From IMG/VR virus record IMGVR_UViG_3300045988_042432: a stretch of DNA of 64,000 nucleotides. One strand, given 5' to 3'. The position numbers and the translations under genes were made by a program. A model generated the notes under the pieces. It saw only the letters and a program-made list of their open reading frames with translations. It did not search any database and had not been told where the DNA came from. Position 1 is the first letter of the stretch. Each line of letters begins with the position of its first letter. Of the stretch, positions 1-10,781 are shown piece by piece. The DNA is from a virus.

Positions 1-52
1 CTTTAGTACCGAACTTTGACTTAGCTTCGTCCATTGTTAGAAATTCTGCCAT
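1..52 (-). CDS. 5' end of a leftward gene running off the window (MAEFLTMDEAKSKFGTK...)
   Basis: ATG at 52 on the minus strand opens a frame still open at position 1; only 17 codons are visible. Confidence 0.25.
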   Translation of the reverse strand, partial: MAEFLTMDEAKSKFGTK

Positions 53-177
53 AATATATAAATATACTATACTTCCAAATTCGATATTGCAAAGTTACGT
101 TAAATTCTGGACATTACCAAATTATTTAACACTCGTTAACAATTAATTTATTGCATAGGTGGTTTTAGTAATCAGGT

Positions 178-210
178 ACAAACAAAGAAAGGCCGTCTAT
201 TGACGACCTT
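178..210 (-). terminator. hairpin plus T-run downstream of the last fibre gene
   Basis: On the minus strand, AAGGTCGTC-loop-GACGGCCTT (one mismatch) is followed by TTTCTTTGTTT. Confidence 0.5.
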
Positions 211-240
211 CTTAATGAAAACGTTATGAGATTATAATAA

Positions 241-1689
241 TTACTCTGCAAGTAATCTTCCAACTAGAGCTTCAAGTCTTGCAACTTTATCCTCTAGATA
301 TTTAATTTTAACCATAGCAAGTTCGTTATAGTTAACTGATTTAAATCCTTCACTATCAGTGTTCACCATTTCTGGATACACTTTCTCAAGTTCTTGAGCA
401 ATTACTCCATAGCCATGATGTTTTTTGTCTGTTCTATCAAACTCTACTAGTCTAACAGCATCAGCTCTACTTGCATCAATTTCTACTACGTTAGTTTTTA
501 CTCTAGCATCAGATGTATCAAAGAATCCATTAGCTGCATAGATAGCTGCTGTTGATGTAATTGCACCACCTTCAAATCCTTGCAAAGACATAAGAATTCC
601 ATCATCTTCTATGTAAACACCATTCTTACTGTAAGTTTGTGGATTAGCTCCTTGTGATGTAGCTCCAATTAGGTATAGTCTATCAGAAGAATTTGTTGCA
701 CCTGCTGTGTTCTTTGTATCTGTAAAGTCATCAAGTTTCTTCTTATCAACACCAGTTATTAAACCTGCACGACCTTGACTATTACCGCTTGCTGGAGAAG
801 CCATAGGTAAAGAAATGATTTTATGAGAAATAAACGCATCACTGTATGTAACATCTAATGGAACATACGCTGATTGCCAATCCGTACTGGGAGTTCCAGG
901 TTCTACTTGTTTAACTAAGGTAGGCTTGCTTGTGATTTCTGACCAGCTATAAGAAGGTTTAGAAGAACCAATCCATGATGGTTTACCTGTCACATTGCCC
1001 CATGCAACTGAGTCGGCTTCTCCACCACCTGTAGCAGATAGAACACCATTACTAATTGCCAAACCACTTCCTACTTTTACACCACCAAGTGTAGTAGCTG
1101 AAGCAGTAGGAAGAGTATATTTAGTATCAGTCCAAGGAACATTTACTACTGCTTGTTCATTACTATTAACCTGAACAGCATATGTTCTGCCTGAAGTTGT
1201 AGTAATTCCGTTAGGAGTTCCTCCCTGTGTGCTACTTGATAACTTGATACCTCCACGAGTACTGTTTGACGCTAATGGTAGTGTATATGAGGAACCAGAA
1301 GGTATATTTACTGTTTTAGCAGCACTACCGTCCCATGTACCTGTTACTGCACCAGTAAAGGTTAATACGTTTGGAGTAGGTAACTTAGTAGGAATTGTAG
1401 GCTTGTTACTCAAGTCATTATAATTACCTGAAGTAGCTACAGTAGCAAAGCTAGGTTTGCCTGTAATGGTACTCCATGTTACAGCGGTAGCATAGAACTG
1501 TCCGTGTGTCCAAATTTCTTTAGAATCTTTAATATAAACTATAGATTGATAGTTAATGTCAGGAGCTCCAGTCTGAACAGTTCCAGTACCTCCTACCTGA
1601 TATTGAGTATTAGAAGCATTGGCTGATAACTTCTGTGAGTTAAAAGTAGTTTTCTTATTAAAGTGAATTAATTTCTTATTAATTGCCAT
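241..1689 (-). CDS. tail fibre/spike protein with C-terminal intramolecular-chaperone (peptidase S74-like) domain
   Basis: 482-aa ORF with fibre motifs TWSTITGKPSF, AWGNVTGKPSW and SWSEITSKPT. The C-terminus ...TSDARVKTNV...GYGVIAQELEKVYPEMV... fits the autoproteolytic S74 chaperone pattern. Confidence 0.8.
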   Translation of the reverse strand: MAINKKLIHFNKKTTFNSQKLSANASNTQYQVGGTGTVQTGAPDINYQSIVYIKDSKEIWTHGQFYATAVTWSTITGKPSFATVATSGNYNDLSNKPTIPTKLPTPNVLTFTGAVTGTWDGSAAKTVNIPSGSSYTLPLASNSTRGGIKLSSSTQGGTPNGITTTSGRTYAVQVNSNEQAVVNVPWTDTKYTLPTASATTLGGVKVGSGLAISNGVLSATGGGEADSVAWGNVTGKPSWIGSSKPSYSWSEITSKPTLVKQVEPGTPSTDWQSAYVPLDVTYSDAFISHKIISLPMASPASGNSQGRAGLITGVDKKKLDDFTDTKNTAGATNSSDRLYLIGATSQGANPQTYSKNGVYIEDDGILMSLQGFEGGAITSTAAIYAANGFFDTSDARVKTNVVEIDASRADAVRLVEFDRTDKKHHGYGVIAQELEKVYPEMVNTDSEGFKSVNYNELAMVKIKYLEDKVARLEALVGRLLAE

Positions 1690-1754
1690 ATCACTTAAAT
1701 TTTAATCATTATAAAATAAAGGAGGGATGCTACTCCCTCCTTCTTGTACATATA

Positions 1755-3710
1755 TTATAGTTCAACCCAATCCCATGCAGCTTCTAGTTTACCAATAGCG
1801 GCATTAAGTGAATCACCAGCAGCAATTGCACCTGTATCTGACGGTTTGGTATAACCAGTCATTGCAGTTACCTTATTAGAAGCCAGATTGGCTAGAGTAG
1901 TAGCTAGTGTAACGTTAGCAGAACCATCTAAAGAAACACTTCCAGTTACACCACCACTAACTGTGATAGTACGAGCAGTAGCCCACTTAGCAGCAGTATC
2001 AGCCGCGCCAGCAGTAGCAGGTTTACCAATACTAACTGTTTGTTTAGAACCTCCAGAAGGAGTTACGCTGAATGAGCCGTTTCCTCCAACGAACGTATAA
2101 GTAGTATTAGTATCAGCTCCTGGAATACCCAAAGCTGTAATATCAGCCTTAGTAACAGCGGTTACTGAAGCAACGTGGCTAGTAGAATCTGTGCTGAATT
2201 TATAGAATCCAGAAGTTTTACTAGGAGCACCTCCAGCAGGGTGAGTATAAACTGTGTCCTTCTCTGCTTGCCATGCAGGACCACTAGCAGTGGCTTTCAA
2301 TACGTATCCAGCAGTACCATTAGCTAGAGCTTTAACAGTAGACCCACCGTTACCTAAAATTACTGCGTTAGCAGTTAGGGATTTGCCAGTAACAGCACCG
2401 TCTAAGTTTCTCTGAATAACTGACCAGTCACCATTTGCAGCAGTCGTTCCAGATTTAACACAGATAATCATGTCACCTGCTTCACAGCCTTCGCCCGCAA
2501 AGTTACCAGCAGCCTTAACTACGTAAGTATCTCCAACTGTGTGATTAGCTGGAAGTTCAGTTACATCACCGTCTGTGCCAATAGTTCCTTTGAATCTAAG
2601 TGCTTGAGCAGCAGAAATCTTACTTCCAATCTCGTTAATTACAAATGCAGTAGTTGCAATTTGAGTAGTATTAGTTCCACCAGCAGCAGTAGGAGCTGTA
2701 GGAGTTCCAGTAAACGCTGGGCTTGTAAACATTGTAGCCTTAGATTCATTTGTTACGTTACCTAAGCCTACATCAGCTTTAGTAACAGTAACATTAGCAC
2801 TAAGTGCATGTCCGTTTACAGTTCTAGTATTTGGAACAGCATTATCAGCCTTAGTACCTTGAGCAGCAGTTGCATATGCAGATGATGCTGTATATGCAGC
2901 AGAACCTAATCCTTTAACAGCAACATCAGTTCCGTCAATTGCAATAGTACCATTAGCAGAACCAGAAGCAGCCGTGGTTGCAGCACCATTAATTGTTACT
3001 TTACCAGTAGCATCAGCTGTAACTGTTACTTTACCAGTACCAGTAATTTGATGTGAGCTTCTTACTGCACCATTCTCAATTAAGTTCAAGAATGTAGTAG
3101 CATTAGTAGTTGCTGCATTAGCTGTAGCTGTAGCAGAAGCGCCAACAACATTCTTAGCTTGCCAGTTAGTAAATGAAGGAGCAGCTGGCATAGTCATTGT
3201 AGTGGTTCCTTTAGCTGTAACGTGTCCTTGTGCATCATAAGTAATGCTAGGAATAGTAAACGTTCCACCAAATGCTAATGTCTTACTATTATCACCTTTA
3301 GCTGTGCCAGCAGTTACTGAATTAGAGTGATTAATTGTAGTACCTTCAATAGAGATACCAGAACCTTGTGTGTATTTAGTATCTGTAGCGCTAATTGTTA
3401 CTCCATCTGTTCCGACAGTGATATTTACATTAGAGCCTTTGTTGAATTTAAGAGTTCCGTCATGAGAAGGAGACTCTGCAACATTAGTACCGTCAGAAAC
3501 TTTAGAGAAGGCCTTGGCAGCCTGTAAAGCTGCCACAGCACTCTCCAATGAAGTAATTTTGCCTTTGTAAGAATCAGGAATAGCGTAGAACGTTCCATGA
3601 GTATAAATCTCCTGTGAATCTTTAATGAAAACAATACTATTGGTGTATTGTTCTTGTAGTTCACTGGTAAATGTGGACTTCTTCGCTACGTGTACAAACA
3701 TTTTCTCCAT
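1755..3710 (-). CDS. tail fibre protein (Ala/Thr/Gly-rich)
   Basis: 651-aa ORF. The N-terminal module KKSTFTS...SIVFIKDSQEIYTHGTFYA is paralogous to the N-terminus of 241..1689. Confidence 0.7.
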   Translation of the reverse strand: MEKMFVHVAKKSTFTSELQEQYTNSIVFIKDSQEIYTHGTFYAIPDSYKGKITSLESAVAALQAAKAFSKVSDGTNVAESPSHDGTLKFNKGSNVNITVGTDGVTISATDTKYTQGSGISIEGTTINHSNSVTAGTAKGDNSKTLAFGGTFTIPSITYDAQGHVTAKGTTTMTMPAAPSFTNWQAKNVVGASATATANAATTNATTFLNLIENGAVRSSHQITGTGKVTVTADATGKVTINGAATTAASGSANGTIAIDGTDVAVKGLGSAAYTASSAYATAAQGTKADNAVPNTRTVNGHALSANVTVTKADVGLGNVTNESKATMFTSPAFTGTPTAPTAAGGTNTTQIATTAFVINEIGSKISAAQALRFKGTIGTDGDVTELPANHTVGDTYVVKAAGNFAGEGCEAGDMIICVKSGTTAANGDWSVIQRNLDGAVTGKSLTANAVILGNGGSTVKALANGTAGYVLKATASGPAWQAEKDTVYTHPAGGAPSKTSGFYKFSTDSTSHVASVTAVTKADITALGIPGADTNTTYTFVGGNGSFSVTPSGGSKQTVSIGKPATAGAADTAAKWATARTITVSGGVTGSVSLDGSANVTLATTLANLASNKVTAMTGYTKPSDTGAIAAGDSLNAAIGKLEAAWDWVEL

Positions 3711-3728
3711 TTTAATATATTATGTGTT

Positions 3729-4712
3729 TTATTCAGTTACTTCGTGCCAAGCCATAGCTGCATCGATAGCTGTATTAATTGTCGAAACTACAGTAGTGGT
3801 GATTCCAACAAGTTTAGCCTCGTTAGCAGCAACTCTAACTTCTAGAGCATCAATATCTGAAGCGTTAGTGTCAATAAGTGCAAGTTTAGTTTCTGGAATC
3901 AGAGTACTACCTTCTACCTTATCAACTTTATTAGCTACTAAATTACTAACATCACTAACTTTAGTATCTGCATAATCTTTAGCCTGTTTCAGAGTATTAG
4001 CTAGAGAACCTTCAGCATCAGCACTACCATTAATCTTAGCAATAGCTTGAGTATTAGTAGTAATTTTACCGTCTAATGCAGTATCAGCTGCTTCTCTTAA
4101 AGTCTTCTCTGCATCAACAGCAGCTGCAATTGCAGCATCTGCTTGAGTCTTATTGTAGTATGCAGACAGGTCAATAGCTCCACCCAGAGCATCCCATGCT
4201 GTACCAGTCCATGCCCAGTTAGTACCAGCTGGATGATTGTCATGAGCTTCCTCTACATTCCATACATCACCTGCTGCTGCATCACTAGGAAGTTCTGCAT
4301 AAGTAGCTTTGGAGCCTTTGTATGAATATACAGAAGAAATTTTGCCCTCAAGAGTAGTAACTCTCTGTCCTAATACCTTACCTTGATTAGCTGACAATGC
4401 AGCAGTGGTAGAAGAAGAATTTAAGTTGTCAATAATCTCTACTGTCTGTGCAGCAGCAACGTCCATTTGTTTCCATCCGGAGTAATCTGCTTCCAGAATT
4501 TTATCTTTATCAACTAGCATATAAATTGCCTTATCAGCAGCAACGGCTACTAGCAATCCATTATATACGTAGATAGTATCGCCATCATACGGCCAAGTCT
4601 CTTTATTAATAAGTTCAGACTTATTATCTACTAAGATTCTTGGGTCTAAAGCACCTTGAAGTTTAACCTCAAAGTTGGCTGCAAATTGGAATGTACCTTT
4701 ATTTCTTGCCAT
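3729..4712 (-). CDS. fibre-associated structural protein (putative)
   Basis: 327-aa ORF in the fibre gene run with an Ala-rich coiled-coil-like C-terminal half. Confidence 0.55.
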   Translation of the reverse strand: MARNKGTFQFAANFEVKLQGALDPRILVDNKSELINKETWPYDGDTIYVYNGLLVAVAADKAIYMLVDKDKILEADYSGWKQMDVAAAQTVEIIDNLNSSSTTAALSANQGKVLGQRVTTLEGKISSVYSYKGSKATYAELPSDAAAGDVWNVEEAHDNHPAGTNWAWTGTAWDALGGAIDLSAYYNKTQADAAIAAAVDAEKTLREAADTALDGKITTNTQAIAKINGSADAEGSLANTLKQAKDYADTKVSDVSNLVANKVDKVEGSTLIPETKLALIDTNASDIDALEVRVAANEAKLVGITTTVVSTINTAIDAAMAWHEVTE

Positions 4713-4720
4713 ATGTCAAA

Positions 4721-5797
4721 TTAGAATTTAGCGATTAAAGTTACTGAACCTCTAGTAGAACCATTGTAAGTGTAAACTGAATAAGTTACAGGTGTGGTTC
4801 CAATAGTAATCTCTTCTTCTGTCTTAGTCCAGTCACTAAGTCCTATAACTTCCATGTTACCTGATACTGTGTTCAACATTTGAAGTTGAGTGACAGCTCT
4901 TGGCAGCTTGAATACCTGTGGAAGAGTACCAGAAGGTTGTAATTCAAATCTAGGAGTAGTCATAGCTCCAGTAGAAGTATTCCAAGCAATAAGAGCTTGT
5001 TTAACCACAGGCGTACCAGAAGAAGCTGTACTTGTAGATGCATACCAAGGATATGTACCATTAAGTGTGATAGCTGAAGAGTTAACCGAACCAGCTGCAA
5101 GTGGAGTGCTATAATTGTTTCCTTTGTTATCTTTAGGTTGAGGTCCTTGCAAATAAGCTGCCTTATAAGTATAAGTAGTATTACCAAGTGTTACAGTAGT
5201 AGGCAGAGTTGTGTTAGACTCTTGTCCATTTACGAAGATAAATGAATTATCTGCATCTAAGTTACCAGACCTGTCTGCTTGTTTTGTTCCATTTAAGGTA
5301 ATAGCTCCCTTATTAAGACTAGTGTTGAAGTTAGCAGCAGTAGGTGCAGTAGCTCCAACTTCTTGAGGAGTTGAATAACTCTTAAATGAGATGCTTGCAG
5401 TAGGAGCAGTAAATGTAGGATTAATAGTAGGGAACAGCAGTTCATCCCACATATAATCATATGTCTGTCCTTCCAGAGCACTTACCTTAGTTCCTTTAGC
5501 GATACCACCGACAGCATTAGGCATAGCTAAATCTTTGTCCTCAATAGCTGATGTATACTTACCGCTACCTACTTCAATCTCTGTTGTAGTAGTATCAGAG
5601 TAAGTAATGACCAGTTTGCTTTTATCAGAAGACAAGGCTACATTAGTAACGACTTTACCAGCAGCTAGAGCTCCTGTGTAAGCCTTACCATTCATAAGGA
5701 TTTCATTGGTGTCTGTAGCAAAGTAAATCCCATCCTTGTGAGTAGTTTCAGCTACGTAATTGGCTTTTAACCCTCTGTAAAATTTTAATTGTGCCAT
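4721..5797 (-). CDS. fibre-associated structural protein (putative)
   Basis: 358-aa ORF. The N-terminus KDGIYFATDTNEILMNGKAYTG resembles the shared N-terminal module of the neighbouring fibre genes. Confidence 0.55.
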   Translation of the reverse strand: MAQLKFYRGLKANYVAETTHKDGIYFATDTNEILMNGKAYTGALAAGKVVTNVALSSDKSKLVITYSDTTTTEIEVGSGKYTSAIEDKDLAMPNAVGGIAKGTKVSALEGQTYDYMWDELLFPTINPTFTAPTASISFKSYSTPQEVGATAPTAANFNTSLNKGAITLNGTKQADRSGNLDADNSFIFVNGQESNTTLPTTVTLGNTTYTYKAAYLQGPQPKDNKGNNYSTPLAAGSVNSSAITLNGTYPWYASTSTASSGTPVVKQALIAWNTSTGAMTTPRFELQPSGTLPQVFKLPRAVTQLQMLNTVSGNMEVIGLSDWTKTEEEITIGTTPVTYSVYTYNGSTRGSVTLIAKF

Positions 5798-5811
5798 AAA
5801 ATTTAATGATG

Positions 5812-7416
5812 TTATTTAATAAATATGTTAATAGGGAGCACAGTATTATCACTGAATCTTACCTCCCCGCCAGTTATTTCACCACTGGCATTCTTATACA
5901 AATCTACTCCAGTTGGAGTTATAGTTCCATATGTTTCCCAAGTTTCTCCATTCCAAGCATAGTTAGCACCGTCATTAATAACGTTGTAAATATCACCTAC
6001 TTCTGGAGCAGAAGGTAAATACATACGAGTAGCTACAGACCCCTTATATCTAATAGCTGTAGAATCAGAAGATATAAGTATATCTCCATTACCGAGTACT
6101 GACTTACCATTAATCTTCTTAATGTTAACTCCACTAACAAGCTTATCTTGTTTAGTAGATAGTAAGTACTCCATAGTATCTTTCAATGTATTAATTGATT
6201 GTTGTATATGTGTTAAGTCAATAGATACATCTTCGGAACCGTCGTAACTAACCTCTCCTTCAGAATGCTTAACTGTTAAAGTTCCTACTGGATAACTCTC
6301 TGGTAAATCAGCGAGTCTGGTAGCTTTAGCAGTAGTTACTTCATTCCAAGTATAAGAAGTCAAGTCTGACATTAATGCAAGTGAATCAGTGTCTTCCCCT
6401 ACTACAACAGCTGGTCTTGTGTTAGTATATATCTCCAGATAAGAATTAACATTACCAAGTTTAAACCCTCCGGAATTGTCAGATGATATTAAATTCTGAA
6501 CACCGTCTCTACGATTAACCACAATTCCTTGACCTTCCTCTAATACTATATTACCATCAACCAAACTAACTTTATTGTCTAAATCACTTTCGATATTAGA
6601 TATAAGAGCGTCAGTTTCTGATTTAGTATAATATAAGTCAGGGTCTAAACCTCCACCACCTTCAGAGGCATATTTAACTCCATTAAGGTAAATAGACTTA
6701 ATGTCCTTTATGAAGTAAATGGTATTAGGTTCCAAAGTCTGTAGTAAATACTCATCGTAAGTATCTACGGCTTTAATTCTTACTGGGTATTCTGTACCTT
6801 CCCAACTAAATTTACAAACAACTCCTTTATCACCCTTAGTAATAACTATGTTAGAATCAGCATCAGTATCAACTACTAAGTCTGCCCTAACTCCAAAGTT
6901 TGAAGCTAATAAATCTACAGACCTATTAGTAATTGGATTATTAATTTTTAATTCTGATGCAATATTACCATTCTTAGTCTGGGTAATAATAGTATTAGTT
7001 ATTTGTCCTTTAGCTACAAAGTCTTCCAGAGACACTTCAAATCTATCTCCATTAGAAGCAGTAAGTATCAGCCATTCCTCATTCAGTGCATTACCGAATC
7101 CGTTATCTATATCCTCTTGTGTTATAAGATGTCTTTCAAACGAAACTATCTTAGTATCTTTATCAAGAAGGATTGATGATATTTCCTCACCACTTCCTCC
7201 TTTACCTATAACTCTAACCTTATTACCTTCTTCTTGAGTATCGAGTTCTACTATACCAGTTACCTGAGTAGCAATAGCATCTTTGATAGCTTTAGAAGAA
7301 GGAATAGAGTCTTCAACGTCTATTGAGTCCGACACCGTATATGGGCCATATGTTGTCCACAAGTAGTCCAACTGGCTCATATTAGCGGGTCTATTAGGAT
7401 ACTGTTTCTTCATCAC
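5812..7416 (-). CDS. structural protein, function unassigned
   Basis: 534-aa ORF packed tightly in the fibre run; overlaps the upstream gene by 23 nt. Confidence 0.55.
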   Translation of the reverse strand: MMKKQYPNRPANMSQLDYLWTTYGPYTVSDSIDVEDSIPSSKAIKDAIATQVTGIVELDTQEEGNKVRVIGKGGSGEEISSILLDKDTKIVSFERHLITQEDIDNGFGNALNEEWLILTASNGDRFEVSLEDFVAKGQITNTIITQTKNGNIASELKINNPITNRSVDLLASNFGVRADLVVDTDADSNIVITKGDKGVVCKFSWEGTEYPVRIKAVDTYDEYLLQTLEPNTIYFIKDIKSIYLNGVKYASEGGGGLDPDLYYTKSETDALISNIESDLDNKVSLVDGNIVLEEGQGIVVNRRDGVQNLISSDNSGGFKLGNVNSYLEIYTNTRPAVVVGEDTDSLALMSDLTSYTWNEVTTAKATRLADLPESYPVGTLTVKHSEGEVSYDGSEDVSIDLTHIQQSINTLKDTMEYLLSTKQDKLVSGVNIKKINGKSVLGNGDILISSDSTAIRYKGSVATRMYLPSAPEVGDIYNVINDGANYAWNGETWETYGTITPTGVDLYKNASGEITGGEVRFSDNTVLPINIFIK

Positions 7417-8785
7417 CTTCTACGTCAATCCAAGTTACTTCACCACCTATATCATCTGGAAGTTGTTCTTTAGGAACCTTTCCGCTTACTAAATCTGCTT
7501 TAGACTTTAGTAGAATTTCAACTTCGGGCAAAGAAATGGCTCCAATCTGTGCTGGAGTGACTCTATGTGGATTGTTGAAATCTTTAAGGTGGCTATCAAT
7601 ATCACTTTGTAATTCGCTAATAACAACATCCAAGGCTTTAGAATCATGTGTAATGTTATCGGAAGTACCTTTAACATACAGAGCATTTCCTTCTTTTACT
7701 AAGATGTTATCTTTAGCTATATGTAACCTAACGTCAGCAGAAAGCTTATCAGCGCCAGTTCCTAATGATAACACTTTCTCCAATTCTACTACCTTATCAG
7801 GAATAGAGTTATCAACTTCCCATTCTCTAATAAGAGTTCCAACTGGAATCCTAACTACTTGCTTATCACCAGTTAGAAGTTTAAATACTATAACTAGCTC
7901 TTCCGTATCTGGGTCGTACTTAGCATCCTCTACGATAGCTGACAAACCAATTTGATGTTGCCCTATAACATTATCGTTAACCTTAATAGTTAAGAGTCCG
8001 TCTAAATATTCAGTAGTTAGTTTATAGAATAGACCGTCATTCTTTATGGTAATTCCGTTACCACTATCAGTAGATACCTTAACATTACCAGATATTGTAG
8101 TTCCAGTAATCTGTCTATCAATATCTAATTCAATGCTTGGAGTATCTTCTAGTGTAACCCAGTTAAAGTGAATAGCATGATTCACTAATTCGTCTAGCTT
8201 GCGCAGAGAATCCATTACAGATGTAGAGTCTTTAAGGTAAGTAGTTTCAGTATCAGGAACATAAGCTCCGTCTTCTCCCAAACCTACTCCTTCTTGTGTC
8301 TTATCGAGTTCGGCTTGCACCTTATCAATATTACTCTGTAATTCCTCATCAGTGCTGTCTAGATTACCTAGATGCTCTCTAATTTTAGTAATTTCCTCTG
8401 CAATGTCCTTCAGACTGTTTAAGTCCTCTGGTACACTAGTATGGTCAACACTTCCCCAGATAGCATCGTCTGCTGTCTTTCTATCTTTAATTTCCTGCTC
8501 TAATCTAGTTATCAAGTCAGCTATAGTTTCATCACTCTTAGAAGTAATAAGTTTAGTAAACTCTAACTCATCGTTAGTCTCCTTTCTAGTGACCCAATAT
8601 AGTGCTTGATTACCATCTCCGTCATTTTCAACTACCTTTAACAATCCCTTGTGTAAAATAGCATTCTCTTCAGGAGATGAATAAAATTCTTTCAGTTTCG
8701 CTTCAGTTTCGAAGATATAGTCAGCTTCTATAGGGAACGGACCACCTCTTCTAAAACTTGCTATAATTTCACTATATGCTCTCAT
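7394..8785 (-). CDS. structural protein with coiled-coil segment, function unassigned
   Basis: 463-aa ORF in the late module. Confidence 0.55.
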   Translation of the reverse strand: MRAYSEIIASFRRGGPFPIEADYIFETEAKLKEFYSSPEENAILHKGLLKVVENDGDGNQALYWVTRKETNDELEFTKLITSKSDETIADLITRLEQEIKDRKTADDAIWGSVDHTSVPEDLNSLKDIAEEITKIREHLGNLDSTDEELQSNIDKVQAELDKTQEGVGLGEDGAYVPDTETTYLKDSTSVMDSLRKLDELVNHAIHFNWVTLEDTPSIELDIDRQITGTTISGNVKVSTDSGNGITIKNDGLFYKLTTEYLDGLLTIKVNDNVIGQHQIGLSAIVEDAKYDPDTEELVIVFKLLTGDKQVVRIPVGTLIREWEVDNSIPDKVVELEKVLSLGTGADKLSADVRLHIAKDNILVKEGNALYVKGTSDNITHDSKALDVVISELQSDIDSHLKDFNNPHRVTPAQIGAISLPEVEILLKSKADLVSGKVPKEQLPDDIGGEVTWIDVEGDEETVS

Positions 8786-8790
8786 ACTTA

Positions 8791-10560
8791 TTAAATGTTA
8801 GCTGGGTCAAACTTAAATGTTACCTCCAAGTTGAGAGTTACTAGAGACTCCTTGAATACATATATCTTATATATTTTACTATTTGACAATCCAGGAATTT
8901 CAAATGGGATATCGCTAATAATGTCAAACGATTCAAGACCAAACTGTTGAGAAGGCGTTGTCATTTGAACTAAGTCTGGATATTCCTTAGGCATTGCTAC
9001 AAATATTTGCTTAAGCTCTCTAGGACTTGAGAAATTATATTTGTGTTTGATTTCTGATACTAAATCACCAGAACTGTCAATGCTATTGTTCTCTGGGTCT
9101 GATTGAACTAGCTGAAGTAAGTAATCATAATTAACATTAGAGGCTGCATACCATTTAGGTAAGATTCCTACAAATATATCATATGCTACTTTAGTAGTAC
9201 AACTAGCTTCCAGATATGTACCATTAGGATAGAATACTTTAAACGTAAAAGTAGTTTCTTCGTTAATAGGTAAACTCTTTACAGTCAACTGTCCTAATTC
9301 GAAATCGTCCTTAGTATATGTTCCAATAAGCTCATCGTTCTGCCATAATTCAGCATAAGATATCACTCCAGTAGAACCTCTAACGAATAGTTCAACGTCT
9401 ACTATAGAACCCAATAAAGCATACGCAGGAGCTTTAACATCTACAGATTTACCGTAGAAGATTGCATCCATAACCTCTTGAAGATTCAATTTCTCTCCTG
9501 GGTCAGTTTCATCTTCAACGAAGCCTACTGTAGTCTGAACTGGTCCACTAGTAATCCAAACAGGCTCTTCTACAATAGAAGCATCCAGTTGTCTCTTAGT
9601 TACTAATTCGTCATCTTCTACAGCATCTACTCCCTTCTGTGGGGCAGTAAATGGAACTGAACCATCACGAGGTACATAATGCTTACTATAGATTTCTTTA
9701 AGAGTTCCATGAGGGTCATATTGATTGATATGTTCCTCAATAGCCCCTCTAGCCGCATCAATTACCAATTGATTAATAATGGCATCAATTTGAGCTCTTG
9801 AATAAGTCTCTGCTCTAGAGTAAGTTTCAGTCTTCCTGAAATAGTTGTTTAGTCTCTGATTAAGTAACGTTACAAATCCGTGAGGGTCTGCATCAACTAA
9901 ATGTTTAAACATTACATCATCTACATATTTCTTAGTAGATAGATGCCCATCAGCTACTGGAGTAACTCCTAACTGTGGTTTTAAAAATGCAGTAGTTCCG
10001 TCACGTCTAACGAAATTCTTGATTAAGTCGTCAACTTGTTCTCTAGTATATAACTCTACCTTCCTATAAATCTGGTCAGTAGTTACATATACTTTAAGTA
10101 TTTCCTCTACAAGAGGAATTATATTATGTGGGTCTGTTTTAGCTAAATGACTGTCCATTAAAGCAGTCACGAATCTCTTGGTTGTTAAATGAAAGTCTGT
10201 CAACGGGTCAACACCTGTTTGAGGTGCTAAGAATGGTGTGGTTCCATCCTCTTTAACAAAACCCTCCAGTTTACTTTCTATAGTAGGAATTATATTATGT
10301 GGGTCTTCAGTAGCTAGGTGAGTATCCATTGAGGTCTTAACTGCCTCTAATGTCTTTAAATCTGCTGAAGTCTTATCATAGACATCATTAATGCCAGCAG
10401 CTCCAAGATTAATTCTAGCAATTTGTTTATCTGACTCACTCTCAAACTCCCCTAAGCGGTAATCTACTTTCAGAAATTGTGAAGTATCAATTTGTTCGTT
10501 AACAGGATTGATACATTCATTTCCAGAACCACCTGGTGTTAAAATAGAGTTATCTGCCAT
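8791..10560 (-). CDS. tail fibre protein with tandem repeats
   Basis: 589-aa ORF with four roughly 45-aa repeats, each containing DPH(N/G) and DG(T/S)xxF(L/T)xPQxGV...(T/S)K(R/K)(F/Y)V. Confidence 0.65.
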   Translation of the reverse strand: MADNSILTPGGSGNECINPVNEQIDTSQFLKVDYRLGEFESESDKQIARINLGAAGINDVYDKTSADLKTLEAVKTSMDTHLATEDPHNIIPTIESKLEGFVKEDGTTPFLAPQTGVDPLTDFHLTTKRFVTALMDSHLAKTDPHNIIPLVEEILKVYVTTDQIYRKVELYTREQVDDLIKNFVRRDGTTAFLKPQLGVTPVADGHLSTKKYVDDVMFKHLVDADPHGFVTLLNQRLNNYFRKTETYSRAETYSRAQIDAIINQLVIDAARGAIEEHINQYDPHGTLKEIYSKHYVPRDGSVPFTAPQKGVDAVEDDELVTKRQLDASIVEEPVWITSGPVQTTVGFVEDETDPGEKLNLQEVMDAIFYGKSVDVKAPAYALLGSIVDVELFVRGSTGVISYAELWQNDELIGTYTKDDFELGQLTVKSLPINEETTFTFKVFYPNGTYLEASCTTKVAYDIFVGILPKWYAASNVNYDYLLQLVQSDPENNSIDSSGDLVSEIKHKYNFSSPRELKQIFVAMPKEYPDLVQMTTPSQQFGLESFDIISDIPFEIPGLSNSKIYKIYVFKESLVTLNLEVTFKFDPANI

Positions 10561-10781
10561 TTATTATTAAGATAAAATTGTTCTACAAATTCAGACCTAT
10601 TAACTTCATTCTCTTCTAGCAATTCGATGAGACTTATCTCTTCGAGAATTAGTTGGTAGTCATATCTATGCCCCCGTTCTAAATACTTAAGCAGTTCTTT
10701 GTATTCACAAATCACCTTATCTTTGAGAGCATCCACAGCCTTGCTCTGGCCATTTGCTGTATTCTGATTTACACAAGCCAT
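10539..10781 (-). CDS. hypothetical protein
   Basis: 80-aa ORF with no internal Met; overlaps both neighbours. Confidence 0.45.
   Translation of the reverse strand: MACVNQNTANGQSKAVDALKDKVICEYKELLKYLERGHRYDYQLILEEISLIELLEENEVNRSEFVEQFYLNNKWQITLF

Noticed and set aside
1229-5481. Short ORFs nested inside or antisense to the fibre genes (for example 1229..1423, 1888..2100, 2541..2765, 3327..3527, 3425..3664, 3625..3975, 4143..4325, 4890..5114, 4960..5187 and 5293..5481)
   Set aside because: They lie entirely within much longer, motif-bearing ORFs on the opposite strand or in another frame, and they are compositionally biased.
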